Source: Paraglomus brasilianum
Taxonomy: Eukaryota
Direction of reading: 5' to 3'
Length of the DNA: 64,000 bases
NCBI GenBank assembly: GCA_910592345.1
Contig: CAJVPI010000048.1
Coordinates: forward strand, 1 to 64,000
Below the pieces are notes generated by a model. It was not told where the DNA came from, ran no database searches, and saw only the letters and a program-made list of their open reading frames with translations. This document shows, in pieces, positions 49,267 to 62,897 of the stretch. The position numbers were made by a program, and so were the translations under genes. Numbering within the stretch: position 1 is the first letter of the stretch; the number at the start of each line of letters is the position of its first letter.

Positions 49267-52200
49267 ATGGAAAAAATTTTGCTCCCACATCTTAACACCC
49301 AAACTAATTCTAATCTCTCTTTTTCTTTTTTGACAATTCCTCAACTAGTTGACTGAGCCAGTGAGAACAAACTAAATTATTTGGCTATTGCTGATTATTA
49401 TCCTTATGAAATTACTGATTTTTTTCAGGCTTGTAAAACCAAAAAAATTAAACCAATTTGGGGAGTAAAAATCTTTTTGCAAGAAAAACCTGAAGGGAAA
49501 AAATATTCTGCCACCATTTATCCCCAAAATAATAAAGGTTATAAAGAAACTCTTCAAAAACTATTTTCTCCGGATGCTTCCAATGACCGAATTTTTTCCC
49601 TTGGCTACATTCTTTCTGGTCTAAGTAAAAATTGCTTGATTATCTTCGAAGCCCAAAGATTAGAAGAAATTAAATATTTTGCTTCTCAATGAATCTTAAC
49701 TCGTTTTCCTCAGAAAGAAGTTAATTACGAAAATCTTTTTATCGGATTTAATTTTTTTCTCCTTTCTCCCGCCCAATCTGTCCCACCAAATATTATTTCT
49801 TTACTTCTTCCTTTTTTTTCAATAAAATGTTTAACTCCCGAAGAAACAAAATTATTATTCCTATGAAAAAAAACTAGTTTTAACCGCTATTTTTTTCCTG
49901 CTGACACCAGCGGCGAATTTCTTTCTTACTTAAATACTCATGATTACTTTTCTCATTGCACTGACGACAAAGACTTTTATCAATTATTACTTATTCAATG
50001 AAAAACTTTCTTCGCCAAAATCAAACTTAGTCCTTCCTTTCATGGGGAAAAAGTGAATGAAACTAAAAAGCAAAATTCTCTCCTGCTAAGGAGACAACAA
50101 TTAAAAAGTAAATGTTGACAAAAATTGATAGCTTTAAAAAAAGAAAATGAGGAAACCTATCAGAAAACCCTCGAAAAAGAATTGGTTGTTATCGAGAAAC
50201 TTAATTATGCCGACTATTTTTTAATATTTAGCGAGGTAGCAAATCATTTAAAAGAAGAAGGGATTATCGTGGGGCCAGGGCGAGGAAGTGCTGTTTCTTC
50301 ATTGGTTGTTTACCTCTTAGGAATAACCAGTGTTGATCCTTTACAACATAAACTATTTTTTGAAAGGTTTTTAAATGAGAAAAGAAAAACTCTTCCCGAT
50401 ATTGACCTAGATGTCGAGGACCAGGAAGAAGTATTCAATTACTTGTGACAGAAATATCCAAAAAATCAGGCCGCCCGCATTATTACTAGGGAAAAAATTG
50501 GTTGAAAAACTTCTTTAAGGGAGGCTGGAAAGATTTTTAGAATTGAAGGATTGGTCCTAAAAGAGATTATCTCGACAGCGGGGAAAAATCCTGATTTCAA
50601 TAATTTAAAGTTGCAGAAATGACAAATTAGTTATCCAGCCTTTTTTGCCCTTGTTAAGAAAATTAGCACTTTGTATTATAATGTTGGAGTACATCCCGCG
50701 GGGGTTGTCATTGCTGAAAACTCCTTATTAGGTTTAGTTCCCTTGAAAACTGAGAAAAGTTTTACATTAGCACTTTTTGAAGCAGAAAAACTTGGCTATT
50801 TAGGATTAAAAAAATATGACTTTTTAAGTTTAAAGGAGACTTTTAGTTTTATTAATTTTGGTTTTATCCGCGAAGTAAGGGAATTTCTAAAACTTAATTT
50901 ACCTAATTATCAAAGCATAAACCTCCAGGACAAAAAAACTTGAGAAACGTTTAGTAATTTTTTGTTAACTGGTGTTTTTCAGTTGGATACTATCTCTGCT
51001 CGAGAACTACTTTTTGCATTTTGCCCGAAATCCTTTTCGGAGTTAAATCTTTTCCTAGCTCTGAACCGCCCTGGTATTCCCCCAAGTATTAAAAAAGAGT
51101 TTATTAGAGGAAAAAAAAATAATGAAAAAGAAAGTTTGTTCGTGACACCTAAGATTAAGGAAATTTTAAACGAAACTTATGGGTTTATCATTTTTGAGGA
51201 ACAGATAAGTCAAGTTATTGCGTTAGTTTATGATTGCTCATTTGCAGAAGCAGAAGTTAAAAGGAGGAATTTGCCAAAAAAACCTCTCGAAAAAGATTTC
51301 TTAATTCAGGCAAAAGCAAAAATGACCTTTTTGGAGGCTGAATTAATTTATGCACAAGTTACTTCCATTGCTGGTTATACTTTCAATAAATCTCATGCAG
51401 TAGCTTATGGTTATTTGACTTATTACGCTGCTTATTTAAAAGCAAATTTCTTTCCAGAAATCATTGTTCACCTGCTGAATGAAAAAAAGGAAAAGGAATT
51501 GTCCTATCTCCAAGAAGCATTTTTTTACGGGTTTCAAATCAAAGGACCAGACATTAATCATTCAGAAATAGAATGAATTAAGAAGGACAAAGAATTATTG
51601 ATGGGATTTAGCAGTCTAAAAAATTACAAGAATGAATTCTTTCAAGGGATAATTGAGGAAAGAAAAAAAGGAGGAATTTATAAAAATTGGGAAGATTTGA
51701 TTGACCGAACAGCAAATTATTGAGAAAAAATAGAAAGTAATTCTTTTGAGTTATGAGTTAAAGGCGGTCTTTTTAGGAGTCTGGGAATAGATATTGAGAG
51801 TTTGCTAAATAACCAGGAAGCAATTTTTCGTTACCTGTCAATAAGAAAAAAACTTGCTCCAATTAACAATAATTTACTACCATTTTTAGATTTGCCAACC
51901 AACAAAATAGAAGCTAACAAAGCAATAATTAATCAAAGAGAGTTTGAAAGTTTAGGGTTATATATCAGTTATTTCTCTCATTGAAAAGAACTCACCCAAA
52001 AAGATTATAAAATTTGTTCTTTTTTAATAGTCTTTCAAAAACTTGAAGAATATGAGAACAAGGAAAACTCCCTAAATGTCTATGCGGTTATTTATCAGTT
52101 AGAAAAGAAAGATGAAAATTCCTACGTCCTTTGACTACAAGATATTAGAAATTCTTTTAAACTGAATATAAGTTCAGAGTTTTACTGAGAAAATAAAGAA

Positions 52201-52311
52201 AATTTGGTAATTCACAATGAATTATTATTTACTTTAAAAATTGGAGTAAAACGAGGAAAAATTAACTCTTTAATTTGTGAAAATATTAGAAATCTGACAA
52301 TGTTTAATTAA
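49267..52311 (+). CDS. dnaE: DNA polymerase III subunit alpha (1014 aa)
   Basis: GPGRGSA, FERFLN, PDIDLD, VHPAGVV, KYDFL, GVFQL, FNKSHAVAY; all fragments in one frame. Confidence 0.95.
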
Positions 52312-52348
52312 AGAAAACTTATTTTCACCAAAATTATAAAATTATATT

Positions 52349-52594
52349 ATGCCAAATTGAATTAAACGAATAGAAGGAAAATTAATAAGTTTAGGAACAT
52401 TTTTGAAAGCTTACATATATCCTCTTGCCACCTGCTTTTTTGCCATTCTTAATTATAGCAAAATGAACGAAATATTAACAAAAAATGGTCATCAGAATTG
52501 AGCACTTTTTAGTCTCATTTTGTCGGTGGTGTATATCTTATTTACCTTGGGTTTTGGTATCTATTGAATAATCCTAGCCATTAGAGGAAATTAA
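52349..52594 (+). CDS. Small 2-TM protein (81 aa)
   Basis: Code-4 ORF with two hydrophobic segments. Confidence 0.55.
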
Positions 52595-52597
52595 GTC

Positions 52598-53257
52598 TTA
52601 ACCAAACATTTTATATTTTTCTTTAAGTTTTTTTTTATCACAATCAGGTTTTAGTAAACTCTTTATGGGTTCATAAGTTTTGCGATGTAAATCGCATATC
52701 CCATGCTGAAAGATAGCACTTAAATGGGTGCCATTGGGGTAACCTTTATTACCAAATCAGTCATAGAGAGGGTATTTTTTGTGCAGTTTTTGCATAATTG
52801 TATCACGGGTTACTTTGGCAATAATGGAAGCGGCAGCAATGTTGATAGAGCGACGATCTCCACCAATGATGCTTACGGTTTTAGTTTTTTCTACTACTAT
52901 TTTTTCTTTTCCATCAACTAAGCATAAATCAGGTTTATTTTTTAAGTTTAAAATGGCTTCTGACATGGCCTCTTTGGTCGCACCAAGAGGATTTTTAATT
53001 TCCACCTCCCGAGCACTTTTAGCAATTACATTGTATTCTAAGGCTTCTTTTTTGACTATTCGAAAGGCTTTTTTTCTTTGGCTGGGACTAAGTATTTTTG
53101 AATCTTGAATTAGGGGATTTTGAAAACCAACTGGTAAGACGACGGCTGCCACTATTATTGGTCCGGCTAAGGCTCCTCGCCCGGCTTCATCAACTCCGGC
53201 GATTATTGGATAATCCTTTCATAACCTTAACTCAAAATCTAAACTTTTTTTTGCCAT
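52598..53257 (-). CDS. rnhB: Ribonuclease HII
   Basis: AGVDEAGRGALAGP, DSK, LVDG, IAAASIIAKVTRD, NKGY, HRKTY. Confidence 0.95.
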
Positions 53258-53694
53258 TTTTTGACTTTCTACCGCTAAAATTTTTTAGTGTTAATTAATT
53301 TTTAGGCATAATAAAGAGTTAAAACTGCCATTACTATTTTTTTAGCAGTTATTGGTTTTTCTTTCATGTTTTCATTAGATCTGGTGTAAAATTATACATA
53401 ATTGCCAATTTTATTATGTCTGTTGTTGATTTTTTAATTGTTTTTTCTTTACTTGCTTTTAGTTTTGTTTTCTCGTTTTTTTGTTGATAATTGATTAGCA
53501 AGAACTTCTTTTGGAAAATTTTTTGGATTTAATTTACATCGCCTTTCTTTCCTCATTTCTTTTTTATTTTTCCTTGTCTTGTATCTTCTTATTTATTTTA
53601 TTGTTCGCCTTATCATTCGTCAGTTTGAGAAGAAAAAGAAGAAGTAATATGATAATTGCCCTATCTGCCGAGGAGACTTCTAAAACTTTTTATT

Positions 53695-53904
53695 ATGGCA
53701 AGTAAACGATTAATTCTTTTATTTACTAAGTCGTTGATTGTTTCATTACTCATCCTTATTTTTTCTTATTTTGTTCTTAAAAAATATGGAAATCGCAGAC
53801 AAAAATTCGGACGTCGTTTTGTTCCTCGTTTTTGGCGAATTTTTTTTGTTTCGCTCGCTTTCTTTCTTATCTCTTTGCTAGGAATAATCCTTGTTGTAGT
53901 TTAA
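53695..53904 (+). CDS. Small 2-TM basic membrane protein (69 aa)
   Basis: Two hydrophobic helices around an Arg/Lys-rich loop; ATG 53695. Confidence 0.45.
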   Translation: MASKRLILLFTKSLIVSLLILIFSYFVLKKYGNRRQKFGRRFVPRFWRIFFVSLAFFLISLLGIILVVV

Positions 53905-53926
53905 GTCTCGACTTAACTTTTTTTAC

Positions 53927-56900
53927 TTATTTTTTCTTTCTCCTTAATTTTGTTAATAATCCTCCAATCGTCAATAAACTAGCAGCCAATAAAGTTATTC
54001 AGATTATTCTTTCTTTAGGTGGTTGCTGAATGGCTGGCAAGTGAGGCTGAGTAACTACTTGCTGGTTGCCAGAATTTTTTGAAATATGTTTTTGAATAAA
54101 GTTTTGCCGAGCAGTGGCTAGTTGCTGATAATTAGTGGCTTGTCTAATTTGCTCTCGGAAATGATTATCTAACTGATTAGGGAATAATTGTTCTAAACTT
54201 TGTAAATCAGTCTCTTTAATAACTGCTAAATCTTCACCAAAAGGAGTGTCGGGTCTTTCCGCCAATTGTTTTTGTAATTGAATGATAGTTGCTTGTGCGG
54301 CGGCTAATTCTTTTTTAACATTTTCGTCATTCAGTGGGTCCTTGTTGATTAATTCTCGAATGCGAGTTATTACTTGTTTCAAGGTTGGATTTTGTAAATC
54401 AAGTTTTAAGGTATTATTTAGCTCTTCAATTATTTGTTGTTCAATCTTTGTCAGACTATCTTTAGTGCCTTGGTGGGCCTCTTTTTCTTTGTCTAATTCA
54501 TCCTTTAAATTATTGAGGTTTTCTTCGTATTTCTTTTGTTTATTTTGGTGGCTTGTTTTTTCTTTTTCAATTTCCTCTTTCAATTCCTTAATCTCTTTTT
54601 CTTGATCTTTAGTCTCTCACTTTTTATTCAATGAGTAGAGTCCAAGTAAAAAGGTTAGGGTATCTTCAACTCCTTCCCTAATTGTAGTTTTCTTAGTTTT
54701 TTTAAGTTTGTTTATTTCTGCTTTAATTTGCTGATTATTTTGAGTCTTTTTTTCTAATTCGCTTAAAACTTTTTCTAACTCTTGGTTAAGTTTTGCTTCT
54801 ATTTCTTGTTTTTCTGTAGTTAGCACTTCTTTTTCCTGCATGAGGGAAGTTTTTTCAATTATTTCTTGTTCCAACTGGTCTTCTAAGTTATTTTTCATGT
54901 CAAGTAATGACTCATTTTTTTGAATTAATTCATTATTTTCTTCTCTTATTTTTTCTTGGGCTAATTTAACCTCTTTTAACTTGTTATCTTTATCTGCTAG
55001 TTTATCATTTAAGGAGGTGATGATGCTTTGATAACCTTCTCGAATTTTCTTTTCTAGTTCTCGCCCCTCTTTCTCTTGAAGTAGTTGATTTTGGAGTTTT
55101 TCTAAATCATTCTGGAATTGCTTTAATTGCCCGCTTTGACGCACTAAATTTTTATATTGTTCGCGGCTAATATTAGGTCGCGAGTCTCTTTCTCACTCCA
55201 ATTGTTCGATTTGCTGGTCTTTTTCACTCAGGAAGGATTTGAGTTCACGAATAGTAGCAATTTGTCGAATAATTTTCTGTTCTCTTCTTTCTTTTTTCTC
55301 CTTTTCTGATTTTTTGGCTCTCTCTTCAATTTCTAGTTTATTTTTTCATTCTTTTTCTAATTTAGCAATATCATCAGGAGATTTTCATCCTTGGTATTTA
55401 TTATCTATTTGTTCTTGAGTTAAGCGATTTTGAAGTTCAATAATCTCAGTTTCTCAAGTAGCGAGGTTAGTATCATTAAGACCTAACCGTTTTTTTAATC
55501 TATTTTCTAAATCCCCTAACCCTGCCGCTGCATTTTTTCAATCCTGAACTTGTTGGAATCAATTATTTAAATTAGTAATACCCAATGCCTTCAATCCGTC
55601 TTGGTAATTTTTTACTTGCTCATTCGCATTATTCAAGTTTAGGTTTAAACTATTATTTTTTTCTGTTAATTGCTGCTGGGCTTTTAGCAATTTCTCATTA
55701 TCCGTCAATAACTGCTCCAAACTTTTTCCTTTCAAGTCTGGTAATTTAGTTAAGTCTCCTACTCCTAACTGGTTTTGGGCTGCGACAATGGTATCATTAG
55801 CATTAGTGAGTGCTGTTTCTATTTTTTTGTACTCAGCAGGATCAATCCAGTCTTTCCGGTAAGTATTAGGATCAACTCATCCTTCATATTGGTCCTCGGT
55901 ATCCTTGATTGCCTTATCTAAGTCGGTTTGGCGATATTCTAAGCCAATCTTTTTGGCTTCGGCTTCCAAGTCCTGGGGATTAATTCATCCTTCTCATTTG
56001 TCTTTCTCCTTTTTTACAGCATTATCAATATCTTGTTGAGTAAAACCAAAACCAGCCTTTTCAGCCTCTGGCTTTAATTGGTTTTTATCAGTCGGGTCAA
56101 TATAACCATTATATTTATTAGCCTCTTGTTGACGGGCATTGTTAACCGCTTCTTCTTTTTCTTGTTGAGTTGGTCGTTCTAGTAAAGTTTGGAGTGTTTC
56201 ACCTTCAGGTATTTGCGGAAGGGTAGTTAAGTTATCAGTCCGTAAATTTTGCCGACCTTGATTTCTTTCTTTTTCTGCCCCTTGAAGATTAGTTAGGTTA
56301 TCATTCGTTAAATTATTATGATTACCTAAACCTAATTGTTGGGCTATTTTATCTAACTGAGTATTTACTTCATTTTCTGTTTTTAATCCGGCTTGTTGAC
56401 GGGCTTGTTCATTATTAGGGTTGATTCATCCCTGATAATCAGTGGCAGGAACATAACCAACTCTTTTTAAAGTGTCTTGGTCATTGTCCGTAATGTTTTG
56501 GGGGTTGATTCAACCTTGGTAATTTTTTGGATCAACTAATCCATTATACTCATCTCTTACATTTTTTATGGCTTGGTCTAAATCCTCTTGACGATATTTT
56601 CAACCTGCTTCTTTGGCTTTTTGCTCCAAGTCTTTAGGGTCAATAAGATTTTTTGATTTTTCTTGTTCTTTAGTTAATTCGGCTAAGTAAGCATCGCGGT
56701 CTTTTTCGGCTTGGTCTAATCTAGTTTTGGTTGTGGCTGCATCATCAGAAAAAATATCAGTTCAAGTTTTTAATTGGTCTTCTAGTTGCTGGTGGGCAAT
56801 TTTTGCTTCTTGGGCCGTGCTATTAGGAAACTGGCTAGTTCAGTCGGCCAAATTAGTCTCCAGTTGGTTTTTTTTATTAATTAATTCCTGGTATTCAGAA

Positions 56901-59900
56901 AGAGAAGGGCGTTGGCTATAGTCATTTTCTCAGTCGCTTTTGGTAATATTTATCTCAGGTCTTTTGGCTAATTCGGTTATTTGTTTGGTAATTTCACTCG
57001 GATTTTTGTTATCAAAAGTCTTATTTCATTCCTCTAAATCACTTTTAATTTTATCATAGTCCTCTGGTTTCTGATTGGCTTCCAGCATCGGTATTCTTTT
57101 TAACTTAGTCTCTCAGTTATCTGGTAAGTTAGCGGGTTTTAATTCGGCCTTTTCATATTTGGTTTTTCATTCATTTTTTTCCTTTTCTAAGTCTTGATAA
57201 GCATTTTTAGTTTTTTCTAATTCATCTCTTGACTGCTGGCTTTTTTTCTGTGATTTTATTCTTTCTTTTTCTAGTTCAGTTATTTTTTCTATTAAGTCAT
57301 TAACACCACTGCCATGAACCGTTAAGCCTTTTTCTGATTTTTGTTGTTCGATTTGGGCTTGTAAGTCACTAATTTCTCTTCGCTTTTCAGCCAATTTATT
57401 AGTCAGATTGAATATTTTAACTCCTCTCTGATTGGCTAAATCTGGATTTTCCACCAATCCTTTATCTTCTAATTGTCCGACAAATGATTTAATATCAGTT
57501 AATTCTTTATTTAAGTCATTGTTAAATGTTAATTGTTGGAGCAAATCGTTTTCATTTTTATTGAAAGGAATATTTTGATAAATATTTTGGGTAAAATTTG
57601 GTCAGTCAGAAACATCGATAGTATAGTTGAGAGGAGATAAAGTCGAGTTATTCGCTCCATTGATTTTTCCTTGGTTTCAATAATGGGTACCGTGGCTTCC
57701 TCAGGCCGCTAAGTAACCAATTCCTATTTTGGCAATAGTTGATTTTCAGGAGGAAGTTTTTGTTGGTTTTTGCTGGTTCTGTTTTGTTTTTTCTGTTTGG
57801 GCCTGGATTTTTTTTAATTGTTCTTCTTTCTCAGAAAGTAAATTTAACGCTTCTTCGCCAGCCTTTTTTAGTGCCTCGATTTGCTGGTTAGCATTAATTA
57901 GTTGCCCGGCCAATTCATTGTTTCTATCTTGAAGATTTTCATTTTCTTCGCTAATTATTTGGTTTAATTGGCGGTCAATAGATAAATCTTCGTTGAGATT
58001 ATTAATTTCCTCGGTGGTTTTTCTACCGTTTCTAATTGCTGATTGGCGGAATTTATTTTGGACTTGTTGCTGAGTAATTTGAATTCTCGTTAATTTATTT
58101 TGGAGGTTACTTATTTGGGTTTGATATTCACGGTTTTGGTTTTGCAATGTCCTAATTTCTTTTCCTTGCCTTGTGCTGTATTCTTCTCCTTTTCCTAATG
58201 CTTCTCAGTGGGTTTGAGTTGTAGTTTGGGCGATGTCTAGGTTTTGCTTCACTTCTGCCAATTCCCCTTTTAGATTTACTATTTTTAGTTGCAATCTTGC
58301 TACTGTGTCTTGCAATTGTTTTCTTTCGAGAATTGTTCCCTTTTTGCTATGACTTTCTAACTCTTGGATTTTGGCGGTTAATTCCTTGATAGTGTCTTGT
58401 AATGCTTCAGCGGACTTGCTTTCTGCTTCTAATTCTTTGTTTCTTTGTTGTGTTTCAGTTAACTGTTTAGCCAGTCCGTCCTTTTGGCTTTTTAAATCTG
58501 CTAATTCGGCTGCAGTGGGACGGGCGTCTCTTTCATTTTCAGCCTGAGTCTGGGCGGCCTGAGCAGCATCGCGTTCTTGCTGAATAGTTGACAATTGATT
58601 GTTTAATTCCTTAATTTGTTGGGTTGGACTTTTCTTTTGGCCTAGTGAACCGGCCGACCTAGTTGTTTCACTATTTTGACCTCTTTTGGCTGGCTGATTA
58701 GTTCTAGTTTTTGGAGTATTAGTTGCTGAATTTTTATTAAGTTCTTGATTTTTTTTACTCTTTTCTTTCTCAACCTCAAGGTTCCTTTTTAATTTTTCTA
58801 AGTCAGCATCTTTTTTTGCGAGTTGCGCGTCTAATGTTTTTTTATTCTTTTCAACTTCTGCTTTTTCTTTCCTTACTTCTTTCAATGTCTTTCCAATATC
58901 AGCCCTATTTTTCTTAACGTCTTCTAATTGTTTTTTAACTCTTTCCAATGCGTTGTCTGCCTTATTCTTATCACTTACTAATTTATTATAACCTTTTTGA
59001 CTAATATCAGGGCGTTTTTCTAGTTTCTTTACTTTATCTCCCAGTTCTTTTGCTTTGATTTTTGCTTCAGTTAGTTCTTGGTTTTTATTGTCTGATTGTT
59101 GTTTTAAATCAGCCGGAGACTTTGTGGGTTTAGCATTGTTTTTTTTAGGCTGATTTTTTGGTTTTGGGGCAGTTTGTTGAGGCTTTTGAGTTTTTGCCAA
59201 ATCTGCTTTCAACTGAGCGATTTCAGTTTCAAGAGTTTCCACTTTGTCTTCAGCCTTTTGTCTCGCTTCAATTTCTTCATTTAAGGCTTCATTCAATCCA
59301 TCTTCTCCTTCATCTCCATTCAACTCGTTCCGCAAACTTGCTGCTAACTGAATCTCTAAATCCAATATTTTTCCATGGGCCGTAGCCAGTTCTTTTTCTA
59401 ATTCTTCCTCGGTCTTGCTTGACTTCTCGGGTGAAGTTAGTGGCTGTTCCTGTTTCTCATCATTGTTGTTTTTAATCCCCAACACTTCCTCTACTCTCTT
59501 CCGTCATTTAATCCTTTCTGGTCCAAACTTTTTATTTAAATCAGAAAAGTTGGCATTTAGCCCTTCTTTTATCATTCTTTCAGTCAGAGCAATTACTGCT
59601 ACCCCACAATCATGGCCGTTACCTTGTTTGATATCATGTTTTTTCACTAAATACTGTTCTAAATCAACCTCATTATTCTGGTGAATTTGCTTTAATAAAT
59701 CTTGAACTAATGGCTTTGCATACTCATAATTAACTCCTTTTAAACTGCTGTCAAAATGATAAAATTTCTTACTGTTAGTTTCATAAACCAAGAGAGACCA
59801 GTGAAAATCAGGGTTATTGACCGGAATGAAAACTAATTCTTTGCTTTTGTCATTTATTTCATTTATTAATTCAGGGAAGGCCAAAAAGGCTTCGGCTTCT

Positions 59901-62719
59901 GCTTTCTTGCCGGCTTCTCGTGCATAACTAAATTGATAAGCGGGGATTATTTTATGGTTAGCAGAAATTGGTAATTGGGCCAGGGCTCAATCAATTTCTT
60001 TATCGGTTAATCACTTTTGGTCTTTAAATCAATCTGGTTCAGGAAAAATATCGCTTCTTTCTTTCTTCATTGAGCCCGTTGGACTCTGTTCATTTAGCAA
60101 AGCCTCTAAACTAATATTTTGACTTTTTAAGTCAGAATTTTTTCTTTTAATGTCTTCATAATCACCATTGATACAGCATTTATTTGAACAATTGTGTTCT
60201 CCTGATTTAGAGAGTGCCAATTCTCTTTTTATTTCCTCTAACTCGCTCTGTAAATCAACTATCTTTCTATCCTTATCATCAGGATTAAAATCGTTAGGTT
60301 CAAGCGTTCCAGAAATGTCAGTGTCATTGCTAGTTTCACGGCTGTGATGGGCTTTTGTCGAACGGTTATCATTTACTCTTTCTAATTCTTCTTCTAAACG
60401 GATTTTTTCTCCTTCTAGTGCTGCGCATCTAGTATTCAGACTTACCACTTCATTTTCCTGCGCTTTTAACTGTTCTTTGAGTTGGGCAATTTTTTGAAAA
60501 CTTTCGCTAACATCGAAACTGCCGCTGCGGCGGAAAGAATTGCGGCTGCTGCTCCTTGAATGGCTTCTTTTTGATTTGTCTGAATTGGCTTCTGGATTAG
60601 AATTTGCCCCACATTTCGGACAAGAATGATTATTTCCCTCATTACCAGCAACGGAAGGAAAATTAAACCCATTTAATTCCTCAACAGGAGTACTTGCTAA
60701 ACTTCTTCTTGCCTGCGATAGCGCTTCTTCGGCATTTTTAATTAATTTTCCTGCGTGGTCTTCTTCGTTATTTTCTTTACTTTCCTCGTTTTGTTGGGAA
60801 GATTGATCAGTTTTTTGTTCTCTTCTTCTTTTTAGTTCCTTGTCTTGTTCCTCTATCACTCTTCTCAGTTCATCCATTTCTTGTTTAGATTTTTCTTCAT
60901 ACTCCTTTAATAATTTTTTCATTTCTTCAACAGGAACCCCCGAAGCAATTTTTTCCACTTCCTCGGGATAAGTGCCCACGGCAACTTCCGATTGACTATT
61001 TTCCTCAGCAACTAATTCTCTTTCATCAGTTTCGGGATTTTGACTTGTGGTGTCGTCAGCAATTTTCTCTAATTCCTCCTTTAATCGGTTAATATTACTA
61101 ATCACTTCTTCCCCGTATTGACCCCAGAGTTTTACGTGTCAAGGAAGTCCAAAGGGCCATGTTTCTTTAACGAATTCCAATCCAGTAAGTTTATTTTCCT
61201 TTTCCTCATTACTATTTTCTTCCTGGTTAAGTAATTCCTCAATAAAATTTTTTTCAACAAGTTCCGAATGTGCTTCAATGCCAGTAAATCTTTCAGAGAC
61301 AGGAAGGGTAGGAGGAGGGGAAACCGGGGCGTCAATGTCAATTCCCATGTCGTTCATTCGTTTCTCGCCTTCTTCAATTTTAGTTTCATGGTCATTGATA
61401 GCCTCCGCCTGGTCAGTTCGGTTTTTATCTATCATTTGGTTAAGTTCATCCCCAATTTCCTTAATTGTCAATTTTTTTTCTAATTCCTCAACCTTTGCGG
61501 TCAAAGAACGACTTCGCTTGTCTAACTCCTCGTTTTCTTTATTCAGTTCTTGAATTTCGGTGTTTTGTTCTTCAATTGTTGTCTGTTGGCTATCTAAACT
61601 TTCTCGTTGTTTCCTAGCAATATCATTCAATTTTTCAATCTTCAGTTCCAATTCTCTAATTTGTTCTTGGTTAGTTGTTTGGAAGGGCTGAATTAATTGC
61701 TGCCATTCAGCAAATTCTGGACTTTCAAATTCGCTAACTCTTCCTGATAATACCTCCAATTCTTCATCTTTGACTTGTAATTTCTTTTCATAACCTTCTC
61801 TTTGCTTTTCTAATTCAGTTGCTAATTGATTTCCATAAATAATTCTAATCTCTTCAAATTCTTGTTTGGTTTTTTCAACAAGAATCCCTATTTCTGTCTG
61901 TAGTCCTTCGTTCTCGGCAATCAATTGTCCTTTTTCTATAATTAATGTTTCATTTTCGTTTCTTAGTCCTAAATTTTCCTGGTCTAGTATATTCTTTTCC
62001 GAAGTTAATCTAATATTTTCTTCATTTAATTCGTCTTTTTTTTCTTTAAGTGCTTTTAGTTCTTTTTCTAACTGTTCAACTTCCGGTTTTGTGTTTTCAT
62101 TTTTCAATTTCCCTGTTTGGCTTTTTAGTTCCCTTTCTTTCTCCGTCAGTTTTTTCCCCAGTTTTATCTTTTCTTGTCTAATTTGGGTTAATTCAGAAAG
62201 CAATTGACTTTCCTGTGATTCATAAATTGAAAGTTCTGCTTCGTATCTCTCGATTTTTTTGGCTTGTTCATTAATAGTTGTAAGAAGTCTGCGTGTTCGA
62301 TCGGCAATTTGATTTTTATCGGTAAATTCTAATCATTTCTCTTTTTCCGCGTTTACTTCTTCCTCTTTTTCTAAATCTTTCTCCTTTTCTAAGTTGGTGA
62401 AAATGGTTTGGAAATTATTAATTGTGTTAACCACTTCGCAAAGGTCGTCATCAAGGGTATCGGTTCCGACAGCATTTCGGTTAACTAGTTTAGCAAGCTT
62501 AATTCTGAGTTCAGAAAAATTATTCTCTAATAATTTCTGTGGTGGGAGGGTCTTTTCTTTCCCTCGCGAAGCCGGTTTTGGTCTTTCTAAAAACTTTTTG
62601 CTCTCTCTCTCTCTCTCTCTGTTATCTGCCTCTTTTTGTGTCCCTAGTAAACTGTTGTGTTCATTTTTCGTTGTTTTTTCTGTTTGCCCTTTTCGGCGCT
62701 GCTGTGTAGTACCTTTCAT
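53927..62719 (-). CDS. Giant coiled-coil, tail-anchored protein with internal Ulp1/C48 cysteine protease domain (2930 aa)
   Basis: Nine track ORFs share one frame; each ends at TGA and the gaps have no TAA/TAG. Protease motifs WLTDKEI, PVNNPDFHWSLL, FDS, QGNGHDCG at ~59550-60030; C-terminal TM and RRKKK. Confidence 0.88.
62601..62620 (-). repeat. (AG)10 microsatellite inside the 5' end of the giant gene
   Basis: Perfect (CT)10 on the + strand, encoding RERERE(S). Confidence 0.9.
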
Positions 62720-62897
62720 AATGAAATATTTTAGCACTTAAAAGTAGGCGAACAAGCATTTATTATCTATTGTAAATTACCTGTTATTAGTAGACTTTTA
62801 ATGCTTAAAAAAGTAAAAAAGTAAAATTTGGTGAAAAATGATTAATTATCAAACTATTTCTCAACTAAAAATTGGCCAGATTTAACTATTCCTTTTT

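Noticed and set aside
53416..53705. Hydrophobic short frames upstream of 53695
   Set aside because: Interrupted by TAA and T-rich; no reliable start.
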